This document shows, piece after piece, positions 24,735 to 37,567 of a stretch of 64,000 bases of DNA. The DNA comes from Glarea lozoyensis ATCC 20868 (Eukaryota): NCBI GenBank assembly GCA_000409485.1, contig KE145371.1. One strand, given 5' to 3'. Below the pieces are notes generated by a model, which did no database searches, was not told the origin of the DNA, and was given only the letters and a program-made list of their open reading frames with translations. The position numbers and the translations under genes are program-made. Position 1 is the stretch's first letter. Every line of letters starts with the position of its first letter.

Positions 24735-27230
24735 GGGTCGGATGAAGGGAGTCTACTAGTGACTGTTCTTTTGGAAGAGTTGATGGAAATTTTGAGTTAA
24801 TTTTGAGTAGTCGAAGGAGTGCTGGATCAGGATGAACCTAGATTTATACACCGTGCTTGCAGACTTTAGGCACCTTGCGGTGATACGCGCAACTTGGTAG
24901 GTTCGAATCAGTATCAATTCGACTTGGCTATGATCAAACTACCGTTTAAAACACTCGAAGGAAAAAGATAGACAGTAAGGGATTAGGTGGATGTATAATA
25001 GGCTGCAAAATTGCTTTTTGGGCCTAGAAGGAGCATCTTGATGGATAAAATAAGTGTCGGGTAGGATGTACTTCGTAGAATTATCATCTCAACGCATCTT
25101 GACATGTGACTTAGAAGGACCTATTTATTCAAAATGAAAACCCATTTTGAAGGCTTTTCGAACCTGCCGATAATTGTTGTCCACTTGCAGGGAACATGAC
25201 GATGTCGTATCCGACTCTTTGGTATCTCCAGCGACAGGCTATGCTGGATTATCTCCACAGAGAAACCATGATCTTCTCGGCAAAGGTGGAATGACCAACT
25301 ATCACCCAGATTTATCATAGTGCTCTCCATCTTTCGTTTGCAGAAATCCTCATGATGCTCTTACCTGATATCAAATGTCAATCTATGGCCGCGATGCAGG
25401 AGAATTTCTCTCGGTATTCTTCCACCATCTTGGAAAGGTGTCCACTGTCCACAAGAAGTTATCACTCTTCGGGCCCATCGACTTTTCTCCTGCCACATGC
25501 TTCGTAAACGCTTGCTTGCATGGCGGGTAGTAGCATCATCTGCATTAACGGGATAAACTAACCCGTTTTTGCAGCATACCCACCACGCTCCGTGAGAATC
25601 TGATAATAGAAAGAACAGGCGAGTAGCATGTGGCTGGACAATATTCTAACGGTTTGAGGAAATCCTCCAATTAAATGACGAGTCGAGGCGACATCGCCGT
25701 CTAATAATGGGTCGCCGAAGAACTTCTTCCTGGGTGGGAGATCCACACCAGTTCGTCAGATATTAGGTATTACCAGCATACAATCGGATCTGAGAAGGTG
25801 AAAGGTTTAGAATGAGGAAATGCAATGTAGGATCTGTGAAAATTCTCGATGTTGTTCGCCGTGGTTGAATCTTCAAGGTTGAAGATTAGCACTGGTCATT
25901 GCCCCTTTAAGCCGCAGCGACGTGACCTCAAATTGTTAATTTCAACCTCACTCCAAGCTCTGACCTTCGACAAGAATACTCGCAGAGCATCACCAATCGA
26001 CCCTTCATCAAATTCTTCAATGAAACTATACGCTTACGAGAGAACGTCATTTCCGTGTCCACTTCTGTGGAAAATACGCATCGCTGTCAGCACCAAGAAC
26101 CTGCATGCAACCCCATCTAATTGTCACATCCAAGTCACCACATTCCCACCACACCCTCTTCGCGCGCACTCCGAACCCAACTACGAACCACGAACGGACG
26201 CCGGAGCCCCAAGCCAATGGCTAAATTGATGCTTACACGTGGAAAGTGTAAGCTGCAGATGATACGCTTGGGTCGGGCAGGGAAAGCACAAGAATGGGTG
26301 GAAGGGTACCACATTGTCTGTTGTGCAAGTGCACACAGCATGGAACCAGAATTGCTTCCATAGGCTGAGGAACTCTGTCAATGCTATCATGCCAAATCAT
26401 TAGGTTCATGGCTTGAGGACTCGAGTGTGTTCCTGATTTGCCAGATCATTTATTGCTTCATGGAGTACGAGGTATAGGTAGCCCTGCACGAACGCTTTCT
26501 CTCTCCTTGTCACATTCTTAGTTTCCGTTCAGGCACCATTGGAATCGTTAAACGCGAAGCTGTGATTAACTCACAAGCGTTTTGTCAACTGTGAACGAAT
26601 GCTCGACTGTTTCCGGTTCTATGTTGCATTAGTTATCATTGTCTGCTCTTTTCTTACGTTTGGCCGACCGGTCTGTGCAAGAGGGGGGCTTCCTGTCTGG
26701 GACAGCGAACAATGATTACTACCTTTTCCTCGTCTAGACTTTGCTATTTGTCGAGTTGTGGTGGGTGGTAAGCTTCAAGTTAGGCGCCACCTCGACCGAG
26801 TATCCTCTGGATGTTCCGAGACCATGCTTCCCTCTTTGTCGGTCTTGCGGTTCTTTTTATCTGAACCTCACACGATATATTCAGACCCTTATCCAAGATC
26901 ACGAGCAAACATCATCACTCAGTATTTTGTCTAGATAGCCGAGTGGTTAATTTTCTCCATATTCCCATCTGCCTTGGTAGGGTCCATCCCGCTTCTGCCG
27001 ACTGTCACCAGTCAACTTCCCCTTGTAGAACTCCCCTGCATCCTACGTGCAGCTCTTGTGCGTATCGATCGGCCAATTACGTTCGTCGAAGATCACCATT
27101 CTCTTCGGCGTTTCAGCCCTAGCTTTAACCGGCATGTGCCTACCATGCTCATAATAAGCTCCCAGGAACGAAACCCTCACTTATACTGCGACTTTCCATT
27201 TCCACGTTGTCGAAGCCAACCATCAGCACC

Positions 27231-28454
27231 ATGCTGGACTCATTTTCTCAGAGAGATGCCCACCGACGGGTGGAAGAACTCATGTTGAATAGGCCTACAG
27301 AAGAAGATTTACTACGATCGAACTCGGACAGGAAGTGGAAGAAGATTTTGGGATTCGATGATGGGTCATTCGTCAAACCAAGAGTCTATTCGGACTTACC
27401 AGAGGTCGTCACCAAGCCAGTCCTGGCAACGAAACGTTCACATTCGAGTCTGTCGCAACATATCGCATCTTACCGTAGGAAAGGGGGTGATGTTAGCCCG
27501 TCCGTGTATTCAGATCTGCCGGAGGTTGTCACAGGCCAGTTCCTAGCATCAAAGCCTTCATACTCAAGTCTCCCTCAAGATACCACATCTTATTGGCAAA
27601 ACATTGGCGATATCAGCCCCTCAGCATATTCGGACTTGCCAGAGGTCGTTACAGAGCCGATTTTAGCATCGATGTCTTCATACCCTCGATTACCTCGAGA
27701 TATCACATTCTACCGTAAGAATGGAGACGACTTCGCGTTATCTCCTTCGCCTCCAGCACCGTCGCCAAACGATGTAAAACCTCTACCATCACCACCTCAC
27801 CTGCTCTACATATCCGTTGGAAGTGACCCTTCACCATTTGAGTTCGATCACAGACCCGATATTCTCCTTCATACTGGGCCTAGCAAGAGCTCACCTGTAC
27901 TCTCATACGTCGAATACCAAGCAGGTTCAGAGAAGGCCGACATAACAATATGTCCTTGTGGCTCGACGGTGACGCCAACATACCGCACTATCTCCCTTCC
28001 AAATTCTCCAACCATATCTACCGACTCCTCGAATAGCAATGTTCCAAGGCTTCGGACGGAACAACTCTCACCCACAGGTGGCATGTTCACGGCAGAAAGG
28101 TTCTCATTCTCACATACTTTGCCAAATTCGTTTGTCCGTGAACGATTCGAATGGCGCTACTCGACTGGCCCTTTCATCCGAACATCTTCTGGCACAAAAG
28201 AATCTGGAGGAATGAAACTTGTACGGATATCTACGGGCGCTACGGTGGCTGTCTACGCAGGCTTAGGCGCCTCTTCGAAGCATATGACGGGTAAAAGCAA
28301 GGTTCTGGGAATGTTTCGATTCTTGAATGCTGCTGGAATGACAAACCTGGGGGAGGAGTTTGACTTCCTAGCTGTCATGAGTATTCTATCTGTCGTGGAG
28401 AAGAGCAGACGAAATCTTGTTGCTCAGAAAGCCGCCTTTGGCATACGAAACTAA
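27231..28454 (+). CDS. Hypothetical protein with three 40-aa tandem repeats and a globular C-terminal domain
   Basis: Intronless ORF. YSDLPEVVT repeats with a 120-nt period; C-terminal PDILLHTGP..FEWR..GMKLVR..MFRF. Confidence 0.8.
   Translation: MLDSFSQRDAHRRVEELMLNRPTEEDLLRSNSDRKWKKILGFDDGSFVKPRVYSDLPEVVTKPVLATKRSHSSLSQHIASYRRKGGDVSPSVYSDLPEVVTGQFLASKPSYSSLPQDTTSYWQNIGDISPSAYSDLPEVVTEPILASMSSYPRLPRDITFYRKNGDDFALSPSPPAPSPNDVKPLPSPPHLLYISVGSDPSPFEFDHRPDILLHTGPSKSSPVLSYVEYQAGSEKADITICPCGSTVTPTYRTISLPNSPTISTDSSNSNVPRLRTEQLSPTGGMFTAERFSFSHTLPNSFVRERFEWRYSTGPFIRTSSGTKESGGMKLVRISTGATVAVYAGLGASSKHMTGKSKVLGMFRFLNAAGMTNLGEEFDFLAVMSILSVVEKSRRNLVAQKAAFGIRN
27378..27737 (+). repeat. 120-bp coding tandem repeat x3
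   Basis: TATTC(G/A)GA(C/T)(T/C)T(A/G)CC(A/G)GAGGT(C/T)GT starts at 27387, 27507 and 27627. Confidence 0.9.
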
Positions 28455-30100
28455 ACTTGGAAAATATGGGAAATACGATATTGCATGCTACTTGGGATCA
28501 ATCTGGAGTTAGGAAATTGGATGGGTATCAACAGCGTAAAGCATGTTCGATGGTTGGGCTGGGAAATAATGTGTCACGATGTATTTTCTAATTGTATAAT
28601 GAATCTCTAACTATCTCCGTTTATAATTGGAACCCTATTTCTGATCTGCCTTTCCTATCGCAACATGATAATGACACTTGAATGGTATCGTTTGACCTAA
28701 CTGTATCCACCTCAGTGCGTCGTTTCTACTTGTCTCATTTCTGTCAAGTTCGCACAGCGTCGGGGAACACACTCGTGTTTTTCCATATATAGTAATTGCT
28801 CGTGATTCCACACATTTTGTACCGGCGATCACGACTCACCAGGAAGATGGTATAGGTCTGGAACTGAGTGTCGCACTACGCCATACCGGAAGTCCCGCGA
28901 TTCGTTGTCCTAATAAATTCCGGACTCTCAATAGACGAACAGGTAGCTGTCGTAACTCACCAATTAGCTTTTCAGCTAGACACGATATTCTTCATTCTAC
29001 TCTCTCCTATTTAAGCAGAGGATGCCTTTTTGTTTCAACAAAAAAACCTGATAAGACGTAAACATGTTTAGATCTACTGGCATCTACCCGTATAAACGTA
29101 AGGTGCGCACCAATTCTCTGTCCACCACGAGCCAGGAACTGCAACTTTCGGGTCATCAATCTCGGTCGTACAAGTACAGACCCACGGTCTCAGCCTCGTT
29201 AAAGCAGGTACAATCCTTCCACCAAGCTCACCAACATTATTCCTAGTCCAGAAAACGCAGGTACAATCTCAGGACTTCACTCACGAAGCACGAATTCCTT
29301 CTTTTCCAACAACGAGTCTACAGAACCACCAACCCTCACTTCCTTACGCCAACATCTCCTCAGCAAAACAAATTTCTTCAACTCCCTACTCTCGTTTCAA
29401 ACACTACCAAAATCCCCCTCCCCCACTTCTCGGTATATCCTGTCCTCCCGAGGCACAGACGATCACCAGCGACGTGACACATGGGAAGCAGGTATCCTTC
29501 TGAAGCCGAGGGTTCGGTGGTGGGACTGATCTGGAAGGTGTAGATGGGATTTGTCCGGGAGAGACGTGGATGTGAGGCGAGCGATCGGGACGGGAGGATC
29601 ACAAACGATTTGAAACTTTGTTCGCAGAGCTGACCAATGAGGGGTTGGATGTTCGAAACGTAGGATTCGCGGGAGGAGAAATCGTGTGACGGTAGCGGGA
29701 GGGCTCGCTTAGAGGGGGGGTAAGGAGCTTGTTGGCTTAATAGGGTTGAGGTGTACGAGCGAGGAAGGTTGAACATGAAGTGAGGTTTTGGAAAGGTTAT
29801 TGTTCCTTAGTAAGAATGTATGTGTCTGATAACTGCTTTTATGAGTGCAGAAATCTTACAGTTATAGGTCTTGTACTATGGATCTAAGGAGAGTACTGAA
29901 AATCACAAGGTAAGTCTATTGATTGATTTTTGGTTTCGTCCATCCTTTGCAGCCAAACCACCTACACGCTTCGACAACCCCAATTATCATCCAAGTGGGC
30001 ATTCTATACACATGAATGTCCTGACATAAAACACGAGGGTAAACGTTTCTGTTAAATATAAAGACTTAGAATTAACTGCTGACTGACACCATTTTCCCGC

Positions 30101-32589
30101 CTACGTTACAGTATCGGCGTTCTTTCCAAGGTCTCTTCTCACCCTCCAAACTCTCGATCCAACTCCCCTTCCTTCGGACCCCTGTAATCTCTGTACCCAA
30201 GGAGTTTCTGTGAAAGAATCGTCTACATCTGCATTGTCATCCACCATCTCTTCTCTATCCTTGTCGAAATCATCAGTCGTTGCTTCATCGCCGTTCTGCT
30301 TTGCTATCACTTCACGTTGTACTAGCTCTTCTGTATAAGCCCATCCAGGTGTATCCAACTTGCCACTGATGAGTACTATATTTTTCCCCATCCGATTGAT
30401 CTCCTCGACAACGCTAGGTTCGATGGACGTCAAAATCTGTAACTTTCGCCGAGGAACATCGATACCGCGGATGAGAGCTAAGCCCAGAGCTTGCGAATAT
30501 CTGGGGTTAAGGGAGATGGCGTTTTCGGGGTTGAAGTAAGGTAGTTTCTCGGCTTGCGTCCGTATGATTAGTGGCTCCGTAAGTGAAATGGGATGAAGTT
30601 CGTCGACGTCAAAGAGCCCAATTTCCGAGTGATCTTCGAATGCCACATAATTCTCATCTCCCATCCCACCATTATCTTGAGCTTGGGCCTGGGCCTTAGG
30701 GACGTCCTCCTCTTTAGTCTTCCATCCCGGAATTGCTTTCATATCGTCAACTACGACCACTGACACCAAAGTGCCATTGATTGTCTCAGCTAATAAGTTC
30801 GCCGATGGCTGCTCTCCATAACATATTATTGCCAATAAGCCAGCTTTGTCGCCTAAATAATGAATTTCCCACGGCCGGACTGATGTTAGTGGCGCGTTGT
30901 TCCAGGACAAGACTTCATTCACACTCGCATTCAAGTGAAGATACGACATGTATTGCATGGTTCTCAGATGTACTGCTGTCCTAGTCGTGTACTCACTAGC
31001 CTGAGACGGGAGGGTATATACGGGCGTAGAGCCAGCAGATTCTTTGAGGCTATCAACGACTTCACGAGGTCCGTCCTCAGACATGTAGATGACTTCAGTT
31101 GGATGTATCTTAGAAATTAATTCTACGAGAATCTCCAGCCCGGTGCCCAAAACCCAGCCTGGGGTGTTGATAATCAAAGGACATTCTGGGAATTTCTGGA
31201 CAAGAATGCGATAATGCGTATAAAGGTCAATGGCACAGGCAGTATATAGATTTGGGTCCATGGAAGGGGAGACTGCAGCAATCGCATGAGACCGGATGAT
31301 ATTGCTCTTTTTTGAAGCTCGCGGATGAGAAAAAGGGGGTCCAAAGTTCGGTTCTCGTAAATGAATCAGGGACAGCTGTCCGGGCAATGAAAATTCAGGC
31401 TGCCCAGGGTCCAGATCTAAGATCGCCACGCCTATTGATTGTGATTTCGAAGACGCTAGGAGAAGCTTGTTGGCCAAAAGTTTCGTAAATGTCGATTTTC
31501 CAGAAGCTTTCGGGCCACAAAGCATGCTAACAGATTTGCTCCTGGGGCTTGTGTCAGCCAGATTTGCAAGCATAGCATTCCACTGTGGTGGAGATACAAG
31601 CGGCTGCAGAAATGCCCTCTGGGCACTGGCAGAGAATATCTGAGATGTTTGTCAGCTCAAATTGAGAAAGCGGTACAGTGATCGCACAATCTGATATGTT
31701 GAGCTCCTGTTGCTTTTTAGAAGTGAGGGAAATTCGTCTCCAAATGGACGTTTCCCGTCATTCCAAATTTTGGCAAATAGGGGTGATAATGTGTGCAAAG
31801 TCTCGAGGCCACTTTTACTATGCCGGAAGAGGATTTCTGCATGGCCTACTTCAGTTCCTAGACATCGGATCACCGGCAGGGAGTGCGATGACGGGGCGTA
31901 TATGGCGTGTACAGTGGTAGTTGCGGATATCGTAGCACCCAAGAAGGTAATCTCTCCTTTCAATACTAACATTTCATATTGCCCTAGAATAACCAGTCGC
32001 TAGAGGTCTTAGAGAAATACTCTGTGTGTCGCCTTTGATTTGCTTACCTCACCAGGAGCCAGTCGGATCAACAAATCGCCATTTTTCAATTCTTTGAAGT
32101 TTTTCAATTCTCTACTAGGCCGAAATGTGGAAAGCATAATAGTCGCCTTTTCTGGGGACGGCTCAGGAGAATCTTCCCATAGTTCTACGCTTCCTGAATC
32201 ATTAATAGAGCATGAAACCGAATGTGCTTAACTCACGATAATTCTGTATCTAAGTCACCCTGTCCATCATTGATCTTTAGAGCACGTCTTTGATCTAAGG
32301 TATTGGTACGGACACTGGGATGAGTAATGTTCCCAAGGTTTTGAGAAATCGAAGAACCCGGGCCTGATGGAGAGACTTCAGCGACTTCAGCCAACATTGG
32401 CTTTGGATGTGGTGTTTTAGTATCAACGCTTGGCCCTGGATGCTCGGTTTTGGCTTCAATTCTCGCACGCCGTGCTGCAATGGCGCTCATCGCTACTGCG
32501 GTTCAGCAGGTGTTGTGTTGGAAATTGAAAAACTTACGAGGGCCATTAGAAGGAGCATCAATCTTCCGACGTTTCTTAGGAACATTCAT
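30101..32589 (-). CDS. GRC3: Polynucleotide 5'-hydroxyl kinase GRC3/NOL9 (5 exons)
   Basis: Exon 1 MNVPKKRRKID (NLS-like) splices to LAMSAIAARRA; P-loop CGPKASGKST, LDLDPGQPEF, IINTPGWVLGTG, LALIRGID, C-terminal WRVRR. Confidence 0.92.
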
Positions 32590-32817
32590 ACCGACGATTC
32601 TGGGTCTCAAATCAACAAATTTTACGTTATTACAATAGAAGGACGTAAGTTAGGGAGCTCATGAACTAACAGGCTGGAACCAAGAAGAGTTCGTGAGCAA
32701 AGATTATCCGAATTTTTGCCGACCCATTAAAAAAGTTCTTGAGCTTCATCTTTTTGATTCCTACCCGCAGCGGTTGCGCCAAACCTGCCAGCTGGAATAT
32801 TTCCTCAGAACCTCACC

Positions 32818-34086
32818 ATGCCGAAAGCCACTCCTTCCTCGCACGCCCTCGCGAAGAACGCTAAAGACAAAAAACATCGCACCTCTAAGAAGTCCGAGAA
32901 ACGCGAAGTCCCCTCCAAAGTGCTGAGTACGGAATTTGTCGAAGACAGTGGGGATGATTCAGCCTCTGACAGCGACGCCGAATCTCTTCCCAAGATACCT
33001 TCTAAAAGCGCTTTAACCAATAATGGGAAGCCGCCAGCACCGGATGGTAGTGACAGCTCTAGCGAAAACGATAGTTCCAGTCAAGAGAGTACCGAAGGTG
33101 AGGAGAGCGGCGCCGAAGAACAGGACGATGAAGACGAGGAGGAAGTATCCCAAACAGCAAAGGGCACAAAGTAAGATGTATTCAATTCCTCCTTTTTCAA
33201 AACTAATTGTTTCGCAGTAGTGTTCCTGCGCCTTCCGCTCCGCCTGTCGTTACTACAAGAGCGCCTGTTAAATATACCCCACCAACAGGCTTCGAAAAAA
33301 CCACGGTAAAAGATGTGGGGGCAGTTTCGGACGCTTTTAAGAAGTCGAACTTAGGTGGGAAACAGATTTGGTATTTTACGGCGCCAGCATCTGTGCCTAT
33401 TTCATCTATCGAGAATATTTCTCTACTTGATGTGAAAAACGGGGACACGGTATATTCTAAGGATGGAGCTGACTACGGATTTGCCAAGAGTAGTGAAAAC
33501 GATCCTGAGCAGAATTCTGGCACCATTCTCATGATCCCCTCCTCTACTAGCGAGGGGTACAAGACAGGTATTTAAAACTTACTCCCTGGAGACAGACCTG
33601 TCTGATTGGGATTTAGTTTCGAGGCCAATTGACCAGGTACTTCACCTGAGACGAATAGTCAGCTTACCCGGTGTGAACGATTCCGGTTCGGCATCTTCCA
33701 AAGCTACTGTACCTGCCAAGAAACCCGTCAGACAGCAACCCAAAGGCTTGAAAATGAGGTTCTTGCCGATAGGATTTGGTGAAGGTGACGGTGGTAAACT
33801 GGGTTCTGAGTCTTCTGAAGAATCCGATGTTGAGATGGTAGACGCATCGAACAGCGTTCCAGCTGAACCCACCAAAACGCACAAAACAGACACATCTTCT
33901 AAGAAGGAAGCGAGCCATGGAAAGAAGAGAAGGCATGAAGAAAAGTCTGGAAGGAAAGCAGAGAAGAAATCCAAAAACAGTGAGTTGCAACAGATCAAAA
34001 TCAGGCCGGGATACAGCTAACATATTGCAGAAGCGGGGTCCGTTATTTCAAATAGCCAAAACAAGCAAGCTATTAGCGTCAATTAG
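32818..34086 (+). CDS. RPA34: RNA polymerase I subunit RPA34-like
   Basis: KQIWYFTAPASVPISS and VRQQPKGLKMRFLPIGF, with an acidic N-terminus and Lys-rich tail. Ends at 34020 unspliced, or at 34086 if the GTGAGT..GCTAAC..CAG intron (33980-34030) is spliced. Confidence 0.85.
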
Positions 34087-35514
34087 ACACAGTGGTTGGT
34101 AAAAGTAAATTATCCCATCCTATCTGCCAAAAGAAAAAGGGCAAACAGGGCAATAAAGCCACCTTTTTAAGGTCCAAATTTTACACGAACACTCGATACT
34201 TCGCAAATGTCTCGCCAGTAGAAAACAGCATACCTCATACGAACTAGATTGAGCAGTCCTGCGTAAGTCTGGAGAATAGGGAAGAGAAGCCGGAGGCAAG
34301 AAGAAGATGGAGAAGCAACGGGTTAGACCATCACGGCGAGGGATTTGATGGCAGCCTTGACTATTGAAGGAGGAAAGACCAACAATTTACCAGGAATGAG
34401 CACGCCGAGACAGCTATAAATAAGAAGCTGGGTCGATACAGTTATCATAAAAGCTCAGGCGGTAAACTCATACTCGATTGACTTTATCTCTCGCAGTCAC
34501 GATAAGGGATCGAAAAGATTGCCCTTGTGGCTTGGTGCTAGGTATTAATGTAACGCGCATGTGACCAAGCAGTCGGTTTATATGTAGCATAATTGGTTTT
34601 ATATATTATGGATAGCTAGGCTACGAGAGAGATTCAATAATATCTGTTCGCTGCTAGCAGCTGCCAAATTGCCTTAATTTTGAAGCTGCTACCGGTACGT
34701 CTCGCTCAGTCGTCAATATTGTGGAAACCTTATTTTTGAAAGTTTATTCATGGGTACTACATGTTTCATTTTCTATGTATACGGATGAATTGTCGATGGC
34801 TCTCCTAATTCCTAGCAAACTCAACTCGAGAAATCAGAAGTGCTTTTCATCAACAGTTGCAAGAGGAATGCTAATCTTTTCAGATGCTGATTCGGTGCTC
34901 ATAAGTCACTTTAAATCGCACCAAACAAGAAACTCCATACTTGGGCAGCAATAGTTCGGAATGATGCGAACTGGCGCTGGCGATGGGCGTTTATTTAAGA
35001 ACCATCTAGCGAAAATATGAAAGCTTTCTGGTGGAGTGAAAGGAACACCAGTCACCCGGCTTTTTTATCACTAATTTTCGTAATAGTATTCCACTGTTGC
35101 AAATGTAGCAAACTTCATACAAAGTGCCAGACATGTCCTGCAGCATCGAGGAAATCAGAGTTCCACTAGAGGCAGCTCAATCTTTCGAATTTGTCTATGT
35201 GGTTGGCACTAAGTCGCTTCATCTGTGTTGCATTCGGGTAAACAACAGAGGTACCGTTGAGTTTTAAGTGGCATTTTGAGCAGATACCGCCATAATGCCA
35301 TTTGATATTGGTCAGGCTCGAAATTTCGAGTCAAAGAGGGCTCATCTAGTCAGAGCATTGGATACCTAGGTAGTATATATGATATTATGTAAGTGAATCA
35401 GCTAAATGTAGCGTTTGGGACTGTGTGCTAAATATTTATCGACAGGAAACTTCTGCCATTCGAGCTCCTTAAGAGACCTCACCACACTCGGAGAGTCAGC
35501 TCTATTCCGTATCA

Positions 35515-36654
35515 CTAGCTTAAAGTGACCTCAGGAAATCCAGTCACTCCTTCCAAGCCCTTCTTAATATCACCACCACCAAGACACTTCCGGAAATACA
35601 CATCCAGATACTTCGCTAGAAGAACTAACATCCGCTCTCCCCCAATCGTTCCAAAATCCTGCTCAGGAACCGGAATCCCAGCGGCCTTGGCGACATCAGA
35701 CAAATATGCCAAATCAGTAAACGTTGCATGTTTCGCGTTCTTCACATCAAGCACATATTTCCCCTTCGGATTCGCATCCAAGAACGCAGCAAACGATGCG
35801 TCGGAGGTTCTATTGTGTCCATTCGCTTCTACTAGCAGGAACGGCTTGGTAACAGCTTTGGAGATCTGCGTGAGATTGCCCCAGAATGCGCCGTCGAGGT
35901 TGGAACCGCAAGCAAAGCGGGAGTCCAAGGCCATGGCTGTAGCGGCGGAAGCACCCCCAAGACTGTGGCCTAGGACTCCGACTTTCGAGACGTCGAGCTT
36001 GCCGTGGACACCTGGGATTTGCTTTGCGAAAGTCGCATTCTTGCCTAGGGCGTTGATCACGGAAATGAAGTCCGCGGCGCGGTATTGTGTTAGATTTGCG
36101 GATGTAGCGGGAACGTCTGGAGAGTCGCCTATTGGGTCGCCGATGGGGGTGACGGTGCGGTTGTTGGGGTATGCGATGAATCCAGTGTCGTATGGGTGGT
36201 CTATGCCTACGACGATGTAGTTATAAGATGCTAGGTTTTCGAGTGTTGCCGTATATTCCTCTCTTGAACCACCGTAGCCGGGGGAGTATAGGAGAATGTT
36301 GGGTTGTCCTGGATTGGCATCTGGAGGATGGAGATATGCACCAGCGTAAGATTGAGAAATGACACTTGAGAAAATTCCTGGAGGGACACCGAGAGAAGTG
36401 GTTAAGAACTCGGCGTATAGAGGATCGTAGGCGGGAGAAAGCGTGTAACGTCGGGTGTGCTGGATGGGATAGAAAACCGAAATCATCAGATCCCGGGCCT
36501 GAGGTGTTGGACTCAGAGGATCGAGACGTGTATTGTCGACTAGCTCTAGAGTAATGGTGCCAACCTGACTAGGTCCTGTAAGAGCTGGAAGGGGAATAAC
36601 GAATTGGCCATTGCAGAGAGCAGCGAGGCAAGCGAGTAAAGTCGTTTGAAGCAT
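35515..36654 (-). CDS. Secreted alpha/beta hydrolase, PAF-acetylhydrolase-like lipase
   Basis: Signal peptide; LPALTGP..VG, RDLMISVFYP, YSPGYG, GIDHPYD, nucleophile GHSLGG, NLDG, HATFTD; intronless. Confidence 0.9.
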   Translation of the reverse strand: MLQTTLLACLAALCNGQFVIPLPALTGPSQVGTITLELVDNTRLDPLSPTPQARDLMISVFYPIQHTRRYTLSPAYDPLYAEFLTTSLGVPPGIFSSVISQSYAGAYLHPPDANPGQPNILLYSPGYGGSREEYTATLENLASYNYIVVGIDHPYDTGFIAYPNNRTVTPIGDPIGDSPDVPATSANLTQYRAADFISVINALGKNATFAKQIPGVHGKLDVSKVGVLGHSLGGASAATAMALDSRFACGSNLDGAFWGNLTQISKAVTKPFLLVEANGHNRTSDASFAAFLDANPKGKYVLDVKNAKHATFTDLAYLSDVAKAAGIPVPEQDFGTIGGERMLVLLAKYLDVYFRKCLGGGDIKKGLEGVTGFPEVTLS

Positions 36655-37567
36655 CTTGTTGTTTTCGGAACTACAATCAAATGAAATTATACGAATTGTT
36701 CCGACAGTAATTAGAAGTAGGCGAGAATAAAGACACTCAGACCATTAGTATTGCTCTAGGTGATTCTGACTTTCGAACAAAATCTGATCGTACCTCGCTA
36801 TACATACCGTCAACAAATATGTTTGATTATTGCTGACGGTCACAGAGGCGGAACTGCGGCAATAATACCATTCTCATCTCCGTGATTGTCAAGGCCATGG
36901 CATATTACGTACATGTTCTTCGCTAGTATACATTATACACATGGAGCGGCTGACATCCGGGATACGAAGTGTACGCGTTAGGAAACACAAGGCGAACAAG
37001 GCAGCCAGCCAGTGAAAATACCTTGGCTACCGGCTTCGCAATCAATCTCCCAAGAAATAATAGCGCCCGAGATCGAGTTACAACATCGTGAATAATGCTG
37101 ATGCCTGTCAGAACATGTGGAATTTGGGCATTTTGGTTGCGATCAAGAATACGCAATCTGAAATACGCCTTGTGGAGTAGGCAGACTACGATATTGCACA
37201 AAATCTGCAAGTTTTCGGATCAAACTGTGTATACCCTCTAGTGTAGTACGCCGCTTTGCCAACCGAAACGATTCTTGTGACTATTTGCGCCCAGAATTAT
37301 AATTAAACAAACGCTGTAAACTCCATTTATATGCCCATTTCTTCAAACGTTGATGTTGCCCTTATATGCTGGTACAAAGCCCCAGTGCTCCGCGATCTAA
37401 CACGAACTAAGATGTGGCTACCTCCTTGACTGCTTCCACTGGCGGTCGCCTCGAATTTGTACAGTTGAGCTCTAAGCTCGATGTGATATATATTCCAGTT
37501 GCTTTGACCTCTATCGAAGGAAGTGCTGGGCTGGTCGTAATGATGACAAATTTCCATGTTAATAGGA

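Noticed and set aside
24895..24912. GGTTCGAATC as a tRNA B-box
   Set aside because: No cloverleaf can be formed upstream.
25121..25760. Short minus-strand ORFs as a gene or pseudogene
   Set aside because: No recognisable motif or consistent splice model in any frame.
26936..26950. TAGCCGAGTGGTTAA as a tRNA A-box/D-arm
   Set aside because: No T-arm GTTCRA or acceptor stem follows.
32485..32493. GCGATGAGC (minus strand) as a PAC ribosome-biogenesis element
   Set aside because: It is the coding sequence Ala-Met-Ser of GRC3 exon 2.
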